Origin: Kineococcus radiotolerans SRS30216 = ATCC BAA-149
GTDB lineage: Bacteria > Actinomycetota > Actinomycetes > Actinomycetales > Kineococcaceae
DNA: 32,000 bases
Reading direction: 5' to 3'
Assembly: GCF_000017305.1 (NCBI RefSeq)
Contig: NC_009664.2
Span: 480,001 to 512,000 of the forward strand
Positions 8,905 to 17,562 of this stretch are shown here, in pieces; position 1 is the first letter of the stretch, and each line of letters opens with the position of its first letter. The notes below the pieces were generated by a model. That model did not search any database. It was given only the letters and a program-made list of their open reading frames with translations, and had not been told where the DNA came from. Made by a program: the position numbers and the translations under genes.

Positions 8905-11900
8905 ATGGCGACCTACGACGCAGGCCGGGTCGTCCTCACGGTCTGGCCCTCCTTTGCCGGAGTCCAGGAGCGCATCGGCCGCGAGGCCGGCAAGTGGGGC
9001 CGCGACGCCGGCCGGGCGTACCAGACGGGCTTCAACCGCGAAGTGGCCGCGGCCCCGACCGTGAACCCCGGCCCCTCCGACGCGGAGGCGGCTCGGCTGG
9101 GCAACGACGCGGGCAAGGCCTACGGCAACGGGTTCCGCAGCGGCGTCGGCTCCGGCGGCCCCGCGCCGGTGCCCGGCCCGTCCCCCTCGCAGTCGCGTCA
9201 GCAGGGGCAGCGCTCCGGTGGCGCCTACGGTGACGCGTTCCGCGCGCAGCTGGAGCAGGCGACGCGGTCGCTGCCGCGCATCGAGCTGCCGATGGCCACC
9301 ACCGAGGCCAAGCAGAAGATCCGCGACCTGCGCACCGACCTCGAGCGCCTGTCGAACCAGCGCATCGGCATCGACGTCGACGCGGCCACCGCCGAGGCGG
9401 AGGTCGAGCGACTCCTGGGTCAGCTGCGGGCGTTGAACGCCGCGGCGACCGACGTGCAGGTCCGGGCCGACACCGCGGGCGCGATCGCCAAGCTGGAGGG
9501 TCTACAGGAGCAGCTGCGCAGCCTGTCCGGGGCGACGGTGGACGTCGACCTGGAGGTGCAGGACGGCTCGTTCGCGGCCCGCATCCGCCAGGCCATCGAG
9601 CGGGCCCAGGCGGCGCTGCCGCGCATCGAGATCGACGCGGACAGCTCCGACGCCGAGGTCGAGATCCAGCGCATCCGGGGGCGCCTCGACGCGCTCGGGA
9701 GCCGCCGCATCGGCGTCGACATCTCCGCCGCGGACGCCGCGGCGCAGATCACCCGCCTGCAGGGCCGCCTGGAGCGGCTGCAGGCCAGCACCACCGACGT
9801 GCGGGTCAACGCCGACGCTGCAGCTGCCGCCGCGGCACTGGCGGCCGTGCAGGCGCAGGTGGACCGCCTCAACGGCTCCAGCGCCCGCGTCGACGTCGAC
9901 TCGACCAGCATCAACACCTTCTCCGGCCGCCTGGTCCTGCTGGGCACGGCCATCGCCTCCATCGCCCCGGCGCTGCTGCCTATCGGCGGGATCGCCATCA
10001 CCAGCCTCGGCGCCATCGGCGCCGCGGCCACCACGGCCATCCCCGCGTTGGCCACCCTCGTCCTGGGCTTCAAGGGCGTCGGTGAGGCGCTGAAGCAGAT
10101 GGGCAAGGTGCAGGACGAGTCCGCCGGGCTGGCGGACAAGAACAGCGAGGCCGCGCAGCAGCAGGCGCAGGCCCAGGCCGCCGCAGCACGCCAGGTGGAG
10201 TCGGCCGAGGCCAGCCTGGCCAACACCCGCGCCAACGTCGCCGAAGCGGAGCAGCGGACTGCCCAGCAGATCGCGCAGGCCCAGCAGGGCGTCATCAAGG
10301 CCCGGGAGGACGCGGCGCGGTCCGCGGCGACCGCGGCCCGGCAGGTGCTGGACGCGCAGGCCGGCCTGGCCGACGCCGAGGAGGCACTGGCCGAGTCGGT
10401 CGCCGCGGCGACCAAGCGCGTCACGGACGCCCGCGAGGCCGCTGCCCGCTCCGCGGAGGCCGCTGCCCGTCGCGTCGCCGACGCGGAGCGGGACCTGCAG
10501 GACGCCCGCCAGGCGGCCGACGAGGCCGCGGTGCAGGACGCCAAGCGCGTCGCTGACGCCCGGGAAGCCCTCGCGCGAGTCACCACCGACGGCGCCCAGC
10601 GGGTGCAGACCGCCCTGCGCCGTCAGACGGACGCCGAACGCGACTACTCCGATGCCCTCCGGACCGAGCGGGACCTGCAGCGTGACCTGGCGCAGGCCCG
10701 CAAGGACGCGCAGGACCAGCTGGAGGACCTGTCCTTCCGGGTGCGCCAGGGCGCGCTCGACGAGAAGCAGGCTGGCCTGGACCTCGCTGAGGCCCGGGCG
10801 GAGTACGAGAAGGCGCAGACCGACGGCAAGGCAACCGATGCGTCGCGCGAGCAGGCCCGCATCCGCTTCGAGGAAGCGAAGTTGCAGCTGGAGCAGCTGG
10901 AGGTCAGTAACCAGCGCCTGGCTGAGCAGCAGGCCGAAGCTAACGAGGAGGGCGTCGAGGGCTCTGACGCAGTCGCGTCCGCCCAGGAGCGCATCGCCGC
11001 CGCGGTGCGCGCCCGGGAGGACGCCGATCGGGCCGCCCGTGAAGCGGCGGCCGGGGTCGAAGCGGCGCGGGTGGAGGCGGCCAACGCGGTCGCTGACGCC
11101 GAGGAGCGTCTGGCGGAGGCGAGCTCGGCCCGGCTGAAGGGTCAGGAGGACGGCGAACGCCGTGTTTCCGACGCCCAGCGAGCCCTGGCCGATGCGCTCG
11201 GTGCGCAGACGCAGGCGCAGGTGAACGCCGCGGAGCGCATCACCGAAGCCGAAGCCGCCCGCATGGAAGCCCAGGAGGACGGCGCCGAGCGGGTCGCGGG
11301 CGCGCAGCAGAGGGCGGCCGACGCGGTCGCCGGCGCTGAGCGGACGCGACTGGAGGGCTTGGAGCGGATCGCGCAGGCGCAGGACACGGTCAGCCAGGCC
11401 GTGACCGCGCAAGCGGAGCAGCAGCGCTCGGCCGCGTTCTCGCTGGAGCAGGCGGAGCGCTCGCTGGCCGGCGCTCGTGAGTCCGCGGCGACCGCTGCAG
11501 CTGGCGGCGCCGTCGCGGCGACGGCAGCGATGCGGAACCTGGACACGGCGATGGGCAAGCTGTCGCCGCTGCAGCAGGAGTTCACCCGGTTCCTGTTCGG
11601 CCTCGGCCCGCAGCTGGGGGTCCTGCAGGACGCTTCAGCGGCCGGTCTGCTGCCGGGTGTGCAGCGCGGGATCGAGGCGCTGCTGCCGCTCATGCCGACC
11701 TTCGAGCGGCTGGCGCTGACGTTCGGGACGGCCCTGGGGTCGCTGTTCGAGCGGGCCGGGCAGTCGCTGGCCGGTCCGGAGTTCCAGCGCTTCTACGTCT
11801 TCCTGGAGACGCAGGGGCCGGGGATCCTGTCCTCGCTTGGCACCCTCGTGGGGTCGGTGTTCTCGGTCTTCAACGGACTCGCGGAGGCCTTCGGGCCGAT

Positions 11901-14892
11901 CGCGGCGCAGACCATCACCTCGCTGGCCGGGCTGACGCAGCGGTTCGCTGACTTCCTGCACACCGCTGGCGACAACGAGTCCTTCCAGGACTTCCTGCGC
12001 TACGTGCAGGAGAACACCCCCGCGGTCATGGAGTTCCTGGGCTCCCTCACGGACGCCTTCGTCAACATCATCCGGTCCATGGCGCCGTTCGGACCGGTCG
12101 TGCTGGGCGTCATCGGCTTCCTGGCCGACATGATCGCCGCCGTGCCCCCCGGGGTGCTCGCGGCCATCGCCCTGGCCGTGACGGGCATCGTGACGGCCTT
12201 CACCATCCTCGGCCCGGTCATCGCCTTCGTGTCAACGATCATCGCTGGCATCAGCGCCGGCCTGCCCGTCCTGGCCGTCATCATCGCGGCGTTCGGGGGG
12301 CCGGTGACGCTGATCGTCGCCGGGGTCGTCGCCCTGGGCGCGGCCTTCCTCGCGGCCTGGCACCACTCGGAGACCTTCCGCAACGCGATCTACGGGATCG
12401 GCGACGTCTTCGTCTGGCTGTGGGAGAAAGCGTCCTGGCTCGGAAACATGCTCTTTGATGGCATCCTGTGGCCCTTCCGGAACCCGGGCGTCATCTGGGA
12501 CGGCATCAAGTCGGGCTTCTTCTTCTTGCTCGAAGCGATCAAGGAGTTCTTCGGGATCCACTCCCCCTCCACGGTCTTCGCGGAGATCGGCGAGTTCCTG
12601 ATCCTGGGTCTGCTGTCCGCCTTCGAGGGGCTGCAGAAGCGGGTCCACGCCGCCTTCATCGTCGTCAAGCAGGCCCTCCTCGACGTCTGGGGCATCGTCG
12701 TCGACAAGGTCTGGAACCCCATCCAGACGTTCCTGACGGTCACGCTGCCCGGCTACTACACCACCGCCGTCAGCGGGATCGCCAGAGCGTGGGAGTGGGT
12801 CAAGGACACCGTCCGCAAGCCGCTGGACTGGCTTCGCGACAACGTCTTCGCGCCCTACTTCACCTTCTACACCGTCACGCTGCCCGGCTGGTTCACCACA
12901 GCAGTCGGCTTCATCGGCACCGAGTGGGGCAAGTACGCCAAGAAGATCACGGACCCCATCGACTGGTTGCGCGACAACGTCTGGAACGTCTTCGCCAACT
13001 TCCTGACGGTGAAGGTCCCAGGCTTCGTCGCCTCGGGCGTCAACCTCATCGGCACCGAGTGGGCGAAGTACGCCAAGAAGATCACAGACCCGATCGACTG
13101 GTTGCGCGACAACGTCTGGAACGTCTTCGCGAACTTCGTGACGGTGACCCTGCCGGGCTACTTCACCACCGCGACCGACCGCATCGGCGCCGCCTGGGAC
13201 ATGATCAAGGAGAAGCTGAAGCAGCCGATCCGGTTCGTCATCGACACCGTCATCAACCAGGGCATCGTCGACGCCTTCAACTGGATCGCCGGCAAGGTCG
13301 GCCTGCCCCAGGACAAGCAATTGCAGCGGTTCAAGCTCCCCGAGGGCTTCGCCCGAGGCGGCGTCCTCGCCGGGCAGTCGTCGTGGCGTGACGGCGACGA
13401 CCAGCTCGTCCCGATGCGTCGCGGTGAAGGCGTCGCCGTCTCCGAGGCCATGCAGGTCCCAGAGGCCCGGGAGCAGCTGCTGACCTGGAACCGCCTCGGC
13501 GTCCAGGGCGGCGCCAGCGCTGTCCGGCAGTACATGCGGGGCATGCAGGGCTACGCCCGCGGCGGCATCGTCGACCTCGGCCGCTGGTTCCAGGGCAAGG
13601 GGGCACGCGTCGCCGAGCACCCCGCATTCGGTGGCGTCTCCAACGTCCACCGAGGCCGCGGGCACTACGAGGGCCGCGCGATCGACGTCAACCGCAACGG
13701 CAACAACGGCTCGGAGAGCGACTACGAGAAGGAGTTCTTCGACCGCTACGCCAACGCCCTGAAGGCGGCCGGGTGGACGGTGTACTGGCGGGTGCCGGGC
13801 CACTTCAACCACCTGCACGCCGAGGCTCCCACCCGGAGCTTCGAGGGCGCCTTCCCCGACGGCGGCATCCTCAGCGCTATCGGTGACCTCGCCGCCGGCG
13901 CCTGGGACTTCCTCTCCGGGCTCAACCCGATCGACTACCTCAAGGGCAAGGTCGGGGAGCTCATGGGCTCCGTTCCCGGGGCAGGCGCAGCCCTGGACCT
14001 GGCGAAGGCTGTGCCGAACAAGCTGCTCGACGTCGCTGGCAGCAGCATCATGTCGCTGCTGTCGTCGGTCAACCCGTTCGACGGCAGCGAGAACGACACG
14101 CCCTCCGCGCTCGGCGGCACGGCCGCCCAGAACCGGGAGGTCGTGCGCCAGCGCGCGGCTCTGCGCGGGTGGGGCGACGGCCCGCAGTGGGCCGCGCTCG
14201 ACTGGCTGGTCAACAAGGAGTCCAGCTACCGCAACGACGTCAAGAACCCCACGTCGACGGCCTACGGCTTGTTCCAGTTCCTCAACGGCACCTGGGACGA
14301 CGTCGGCGGGCGGAAGACGTCCGACCCGGGACTGCAGACCGACTACGGGCTGCGGTACATCGCGCAGCGCTACACCGACCCCATCGGGGCGAAGCGCTTT
14401 CACCAGAAGAACGGCTGGTACTGGGGCGGCGGCATCATCGGCCAGCCGGAGGCGCACAACCTGCGCCCCGGGCCCGGGAAGTACATCCCGGCGCTGGCCG
14501 CGCTGGGATTGCAGCCCTTCGGGCACCTCGCCGACGTGCCAGCCATGGCCGCCGGTGGGGTGGTGCGCGCCACTCCGGGCGGCACCATCGTCCGTCTGGC
14601 CGAAGCCGGACGTGATGAGGCCGTCGTCGACGCCGGGCTGCTGAACGCGCGCATGCGAGAGCTGGAGGGCCTCACCTCTCAGCAGGCGGTGTCGTTCAGC
14701 GCGCAGCAGCTGGCGGCGATGGCCGGCACCACGCGCCGGCAGGACCAGCTGGCGCCGCTGCTGCGCGAGCTTATCGACCTAGCCGGCGACGGCAACGCCA
14801 TCGCCCAGTCCGGTCTCGACCGGATCTACGGGGCAGTGGAGGACGGGCCGCGGCGCCATCAGCAGCTCACGAGGCAGGGAGGAGGCCGCTGA
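8905..14892 (+). CDS. Tape measure protein (1995 aa) with embedded M15-type peptidase and SLT-type transglycosylase domains
   Basis: It is the largest gene and follows the G/G-T pair, with the SD GAAGGAGGG. It has Ala-rich coiled-coil regions and two long hydrophobic segments. The peptidase signature is HYEGRAID (HxxGxAxD) plus HLH (13618-13824). The transglycosylase signature is NKESSY...AYGLFQF (14128-14421). Confidence 0.9.
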   Translation: MATYDAGRVVLTVWPSFAGVQERIGREAGKWGRDAGRAYQTGFNREVAAAPTVNPGPSDAEAARLGNDAGKAYGNGFRSGVGSGGPAPVPGPSPSQSRQQGQRSGGAYGDAFRAQLEQATRSLPRIELPMATTEAKQKIRDLRTDLERLSNQRIGIDVDAATAEAEVERLLGQLRALNAAATDVQVRADTAGAIAKLEGLQEQLRSLSGATVDVDLEVQDGSFAARIRQAIERAQAALPRIEIDADSSDAEVEIQRIRGRLDALGSRRIGVDISAADAAAQITRLQGRLERLQASTTDVRVNADAAAAAAALAAVQAQVDRLNGSSARVDVDSTSINTFSGRLVLLGTAIASIAPALLPIGGIAITSLGAIGAAATTAIPALATLVLGFKGVGEALKQMGKVQDESAGLADKNSEAAQQQAQAQAAAARQVESAEASLANTRANVAEAEQRTAQQIAQAQQGVIKAREDAARSAATAARQVLDAQAGLADAEEALAESVAAATKRVTDAREAAARSAEAAARRVADAERDLQDARQAADEAAVQDAKRVADAREALARVTTDGAQRVQTALRRQTDAERDYSDALRTERDLQRDLAQARKDAQDQLEDLSFRVRQGALDEKQAGLDLAEARAEYEKAQTDGKATDASREQARIRFEEAKLQLEQLEVSNQRLAEQQAEANEEGVEGSDAVASAQERIAAAVRAREDADRAAREAAAGVEAARVEAANAVADAEERLAEASSARLKGQEDGERRVSDAQRALADALGAQTQAQVNAAERITEAEAARMEAQEDGAERVAGAQQRAADAVAGAERTRLEGLERIAQAQDTVSQAVTAQAEQQRSAAFSLEQAERSLAGARESAATAAAGGAVAATAAMRNLDTAMGKLSPLQQEFTRFLFGLGPQLGVLQDASAAGLLPGVQRGIEALLPLMPTFERLALTFGTALGSLFERAGQSLAGPEFQRFYVFLETQGPGILSSLGTLVGSVFSVFNGLAEAFGPIAAQTITSLAGLTQRFADFLHTAGDNESFQDFLRYVQENTPAVMEFLGSLTDAFVNIIRSMAPFGPVVLGVIGFLADMIAAVPPGVLAAIALAVTGIVTAFTILGPVIAFVSTIIAGISAGLPVLAVIIAAFGGPVTLIVAGVVALGAAFLAAWHHSETFRNAIYGIGDVFVWLWEKASWLGNMLFDGILWPFRNPGVIWDGIKSGFFFLLEAIKEFFGIHSPSTVFAEIGEFLILGLLSAFEGLQKRVHAAFIVVKQALLDVWGIVVDKVWNPIQTFLTVTLPGYYTTAVSGIARAWEWVKDTVRKPLDWLRDNVFAPYFTFYTVTLPGWFTTAVGFIGTEWGKYAKKITDPIDWLRDNVWNVFANFLTVKVPGFVASGVNLIGTEWAKYAKKITDPIDWLRDNVWNVFANFVTVTLPGYFTTATDRIGAAWDMIKEKLKQPIRFVIDTVINQGIVDAFNWIAGKVGLPQDKQLQRFKLPEGFARGGVLAGQSSWRDGDDQLVPMRRGEGVAVSEAMQVPEAREQLLTWNRLGVQGGASAVRQYMRGMQGYARGGIVDLGRWFQGKGARVAEHPAFGGVSNVHRGRGHYEGRAIDVNRNGNNGSESDYEKEFFDRYANALKAAGWTVYWRVPGHFNHLHAEAPTRSFEGAFPDGGILSAIGDLAAGAWDFLSGLNPIDYLKGKVGELMGSVPGAGAALDLAKAVPNKLLDVAGSSIMSLLSSVNPFDGSENDTPSALGGTAAQNREVVRQRAALRGWGDGPQWAALDWLVNKESSYRNDVKNPTSTAYGLFQFLNGTWDDVGGRKTSDPGLQTDYGLRYIAQRYTDPIGAKRFHQKNGWYWGGGIIGQPEAHNLRPGPGKYIPALAALGLQPFGHLADVPAMAAGGVVRATPGGTIVRLAEAGRDEAVVDAGLLNARMRELEGLTSQQAVSFSAQQLAAMAGTTRRQDQLAPLLRELIDLAGDGNAIAQSGLDRIYGAVEDGPRRHQQLTRQGGGR
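9271..9903 (+). repeat. Degenerate ~29-aa periodic repeats in the tape-measure N-terminal region (a 345-bp unit duplicated)
   Basis: LPRIELP.. (9271) recurs as LPRIEID.. (9616). Within the units, RIGIDVDAATAEAEVERLLGQLRAL, TDVQVRADTAGAIAKLEGLQEQLRSL, RIGVDISAADAAAQITRLQGRLERL and TDVRVNADAAAAAAALAAVQAQVDRL share one pattern. Similarity is at the protein level only. Confidence 0.6.
12709..13248 (+). repeat. Four in-frame tandem repeats of 135 bp (45 aa) inside the tape measure gene
   Basis: Units start at 12709, 12844, 12979 and 13114 (VWNxxxxFxTVxxPGxxxxxxxxIGxxWxxxxKKITDPIDWLRDN). About 100 nt around 12934-13033 and 13069-13168 are nearly identical at the DNA level. Confidence 0.9.
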
Positions 14893-15269
14893 TGGCGAAG
14901 GTCAAACTGCGGACCCTCTGGCTGAACCTGGCCGCGACACCGGAGGTCAGGCAGTCGTTCCCGCACATGGCCTCCCTGCAGGTGAACACCGCCCGCAAGG
15001 GGGAGGTCCGCACCTACACCACGGGACGGATGCGGTCCATCACCAAGGTCGGCAGGGCGCACACGCTCACCGCGTCCCTGCCGGCCTGCACCCGCGAGCA
15101 GATCGACTGGCTCGCGAAGCACCAGGGAGAGCTGCTCTGCGTCCGTGACGACCGCGGCCGCAAGTTCTGGGCCGTGTTCTTCGACCTGCCTGTCGAGGAG
15201 CACCCCTACAACCAGGAGGCGAACGTGAGCCTCATCCTGAACGAGGTCACGCACAGCGAGGCGGTCTGA
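14892..15269 (+). CDS. Minor tail protein (small distal-tail component)
   Basis: 125 aa. The ATG shares one nt with the tape-measure stop (TGATG). It is the first gene after the tape measure. Confidence 0.55.
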   Translation: MAKVKLRTLWLNLAATPEVRQSFPHMASLQVNTARKGEVRTYTTGRMRSITKVGRAHTLTASLPACTREQIDWLAKHQGELLCVRDDRGRKFWAVFFDLPVEEHPYNQEANVSLILNEVTHSEAV

Positions 15270-15270
15270 C

Positions 15271-16410
15271 GTGCAGCTGCTCACCGCCGCCCCCCGCCAG
15301 GACCTCACCGAGGACCAGGTGCGGGCGGTGCTCACCGCCGACAGCCTCACCGTCTCCGCCGGATGCGAGCTGCTCGACAGCGAAGACGACGTCATCGCGG
15401 ACATCTCCGGCGACCTGCTCGGCGGATCCGTGAAGCGGGAGTGCCTCGCCGACGTTCACGGCGCCTGCACGCTGCAGCTGACCCGGGAGCTCGCCTGGGG
15501 TCGTGACCGGGTTCGCCCGTACATGGTGCTGCAGACGAACCTGCCGGGTCTCGCCGTCTCGGCGCGGTTCAACCTCGGCGTGTTCGTCCTTACCACCCCG
15601 CGGCGCCTGCTCGAGGACAACCCGGTCTGGGAGGTGCAGGGCTACGACAAGATGCACCTGCTGCAGGTCCAGGTCGGCGACTCGTACAGCGTGCCCGCCG
15701 GCACCGGCTACCTCGCCGCCGTCCGTGTCGCGATCGCTGCGGCCGGCGGCGGGGACGCCGTGCTCCTGGACTCCGCCGCCGCCGACAAGGTGCTCGCCGC
15801 GGCCATGACCTGGCCGCTGGATGCCGGCACCCCCACGACGTGGCTGAGGATCGTCAACGACCTCCTCGCCGCCGTCGGCTACCGCGCCCTGTGGGCGGAC
15901 CAGGACGGCTTCTTCCGCTCCGACCCCTACCGCCCGCCCACGGAGCGGCCCCTGGAGTGGCGCTTCGACGTCGACGACTCCCGCACCACCATCATCGTCG
16001 AGGAACGCACCCTCACCGCCGACACCTGGGGCGTCCCCAACTGGTGGCGCTTCCTGCGCCGATCCACCGAGAGCACCCCCAGCGAGGGCGCCGGCCAGTA
16101 CACCGTCACCAACCAGACTGAGGGGCCGACCTCGGTCAACGCTCTCGGCCGCCGCGTCCCGAAGGTCGTCTGGCTGGACGCCGCGGACCAGGCCGCCCTG
16201 CGGTCGCAGGGGGACGCGATCGTCGCCGCGGACCGCCGGGTTACCGCGACGATCGAGCTGCGCACCGGGCCGTTCCCGCTGGCCGGTCACTTCGACATCG
16301 CCGCCTATGCGGACCGCCTCGCCCCGGACCTGTCCCGCATGCAGGCCAGGTCTTGGGACCTGTCGCTGGATGGGGCGGACATGCGCTGGACGTGGGAGGT
16401 CGTTGCGTGA
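15271..16410 (+). CDS. Minor tail protein (tail tip / hub candidate)
   Basis: 379 aa. The GTG start lies 1 nt after the upstream stop. Called by position in the tail-tip block. Confidence 0.55.
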   Translation: MQLLTAAPRQDLTEDQVRAVLTADSLTVSAGCELLDSEDDVIADISGDLLGGSVKRECLADVHGACTLQLTRELAWGRDRVRPYMVLQTNLPGLAVSARFNLGVFVLTTPRRLLEDNPVWEVQGYDKMHLLQVQVGDSYSVPAGTGYLAAVRVAIAAAGGGDAVLLDSAAADKVLAAAMTWPLDAGTPTTWLRIVNDLLAAVGYRALWADQDGFFRSDPYRPPTERPLEWRFDVDDSRTTIIVEERTLTADTWGVPNWWRFLRRSTESTPSEGAGQYTVTNQTEGPTSVNALGRRVPKVVWLDAADQAALRSQGDAIVAADRRVTATIELRTGPFPLAGHFDIAAYADRLAPDLSRMQARSWDLSLDGADMRWTWEVVA

Positions 16411-16580
16411 ACCTCCTGCCCGGCGTCGTCGTGGGCACCGCGCCCCTGCAGGTCCGCCTCGACGGGTCCACCACCGCGGTGCCTGCGCGCAGGCTCGCCA
16501 GCTACTCCCCCGCCGCCGGTGACCGCGTCGCCGCCGTCGTCTTCGGCTCCGAGGTCCTCGTCCTCGGCCGCGTCATCTGA
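16407..16580 (+). CDS. Small tail-module protein (57 aa), possible OB-fold gpV/gp5-N-like
   Basis: The GTG at 16407 overlaps the upstream stop (GTGA). The sequence GVVVGTAPLQVRLDGSTTAVPARRLASYSPAAGDRVAAVVFGSEVLVLG resembles the N-terminal OB-fold pattern of baseplate spike proteins. This is by eye only. Confidence 0.35.
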   Translation: MNLLPGVVVGTAPLQVRLDGSTTAVPARRLASYSPAAGDRVAAVVFGSEVLVLGRVI

Positions 16581-16602
16581 CCCACCACCTCGGAGGTACC
16601 CC

Positions 16603-17118
16603 TTGGGACTGCAGGCAGAGTGGGACCCGGTCGGTAAGACCGTCATCGCCTTCCTCGACGACACCGACGCCTTCCGCCCCCGGCAAGCCACCGGCGCCGC
16701 CCCCACCCCCGGCGTGGCGACCGTCGTCCTCAACGTCCAGTCCGTGTGGCCGGACCCCTACCTGCCGCTGCTGCCGGACCTCCTCGGTCCCGCGGTCGTG
16801 CGATGGGACGCGGACACCAACACCCTCGTCCGGGAGTGGCCGCAGGCGCGCTACACCCCCGACGCCGTCCGCGCCGGCCTCACCGCCCTCGTCAACACCC
16901 TGGCCCGCACCACCCTGGCCGTCACCGACTGGGTCGTCGTGCGCCAGCTGGAGACTGAAGAACCGGTACCGGAGGCCATCGCCGCCCACCGGTCCGCGGT
17001 GCGCGCCTGGACCAAGGAGCGCAAGGCCACCCTGCAGGCCGCGTCGCCCGCTGGGCTCCTGGCCTTCGACCTCACGCCACCCGCCCCGCCGGCCGACAGC
17101 CCCCGGGACGACGAATGA
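16603..17118 (+). CDS. Hypothetical tail-module protein (tail-fibre-assembly-like C-terminus)
   Basis: The TTG at 16603 has GGAGG 7 nt upstream; the track start at 16519 would overlap the previous gene. 171 aa. The C-terminal ..TDWVVVRQLE..AIAAHRSAVRAWTKERKATL.. is reminiscent of fibre-assembly/DUF4376-type proteins. Confidence 0.4.
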   Translation: MGLQAEWDPVGKTVIAFLDDTDAFRPRQATGAAPTPGVATVVLNVQSVWPDPYLPLLPDLLGPAVVRWDADTNTLVREWPQARYTPDAVRAGLTALVNTLARTTLAVTDWVVVRQLETEEPVPEAIAAHRSAVRAWTKERKATLQAASPAGLLAFDLTPPAPPADSPRDDE

Positions 17119-17552
17119 GCGCTGCCGCCCTGCCCAACCACACCGGCGGCACGACCCTCGTCGGGCAGGCCACGCCCGGCCGGGTCCAGGTCGCATGGTT
17201 CTTCCCCAAGGCCAACACGCCCGGCTGCACCGTGCAGGCCCGCCAACTGGTCGCCTCGTGGGCGGCGCTCGCCGACGACGGCGTCGACGTCGTCGGCGTG
17301 AGCTACGACGCCCCGGACACGCTCGCCACCTGGGCGAGGCACCTGACCATCCCCTTCCCCCTGTGCACCGCCGACCTGGCCGCCGCTCACGCCCTGGGCG
17401 CAGCACGACCCGAGGGGGACCCGTGGCGGGAAGCGCTACCTGCGCGGGTGGCCCTGATCACCGACGACCACGGCCTGGTCATCGCCCACTGGCAGGTGCA
17501 CGACGTGCACAGCTTCGTCGACCAGGTCCGGTCGGCGCTGAACCTGAGGTGA
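17115..17552 (+). CDS. bcp: Bcp/PrxQ-type peroxiredoxin (AhpC/TSA family), 1-Cys variant
   Basis: WFFPKANTPGCTVQARQL..DDGVDVVGVSYD..FPLCTAD..ARVALITDDHGLV matches E. coli Bcp YFYPKAMTPGCTVQACGL..KAGVDVLGISTD..FTLLSDE..HRISFLIDADGKI. The peroxidatic Cys codon is at 17226-17228. ATGA overlap with the upstream gene. Confidence 0.8.
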   Translation: MSAAALPNHTGGTTLVGQATPGRVQVAWFFPKANTPGCTVQARQLVASWAALADDGVDVVGVSYDAPDTLATWARHLTIPFPLCTADLAAAHALGAARPEGDPWREALPARVALITDDHGLVIAHWQVHDVHSFVDQVRSALNLR

Positions 17553-17562
17553 GGAGCGGCCA

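Noticed and set aside
10100-11520. The highly repetitive Ala/Glu/Arg/Gln-rich stretch of the tape measure, considered as a separate repeat element or gene.
   Set aside because: It is a continuous in-frame coiled-coil segment of the tape measure. Its periodicity is irregular, apart from motifs like KRVxDAREA, and no exact DNA repeats were seen.
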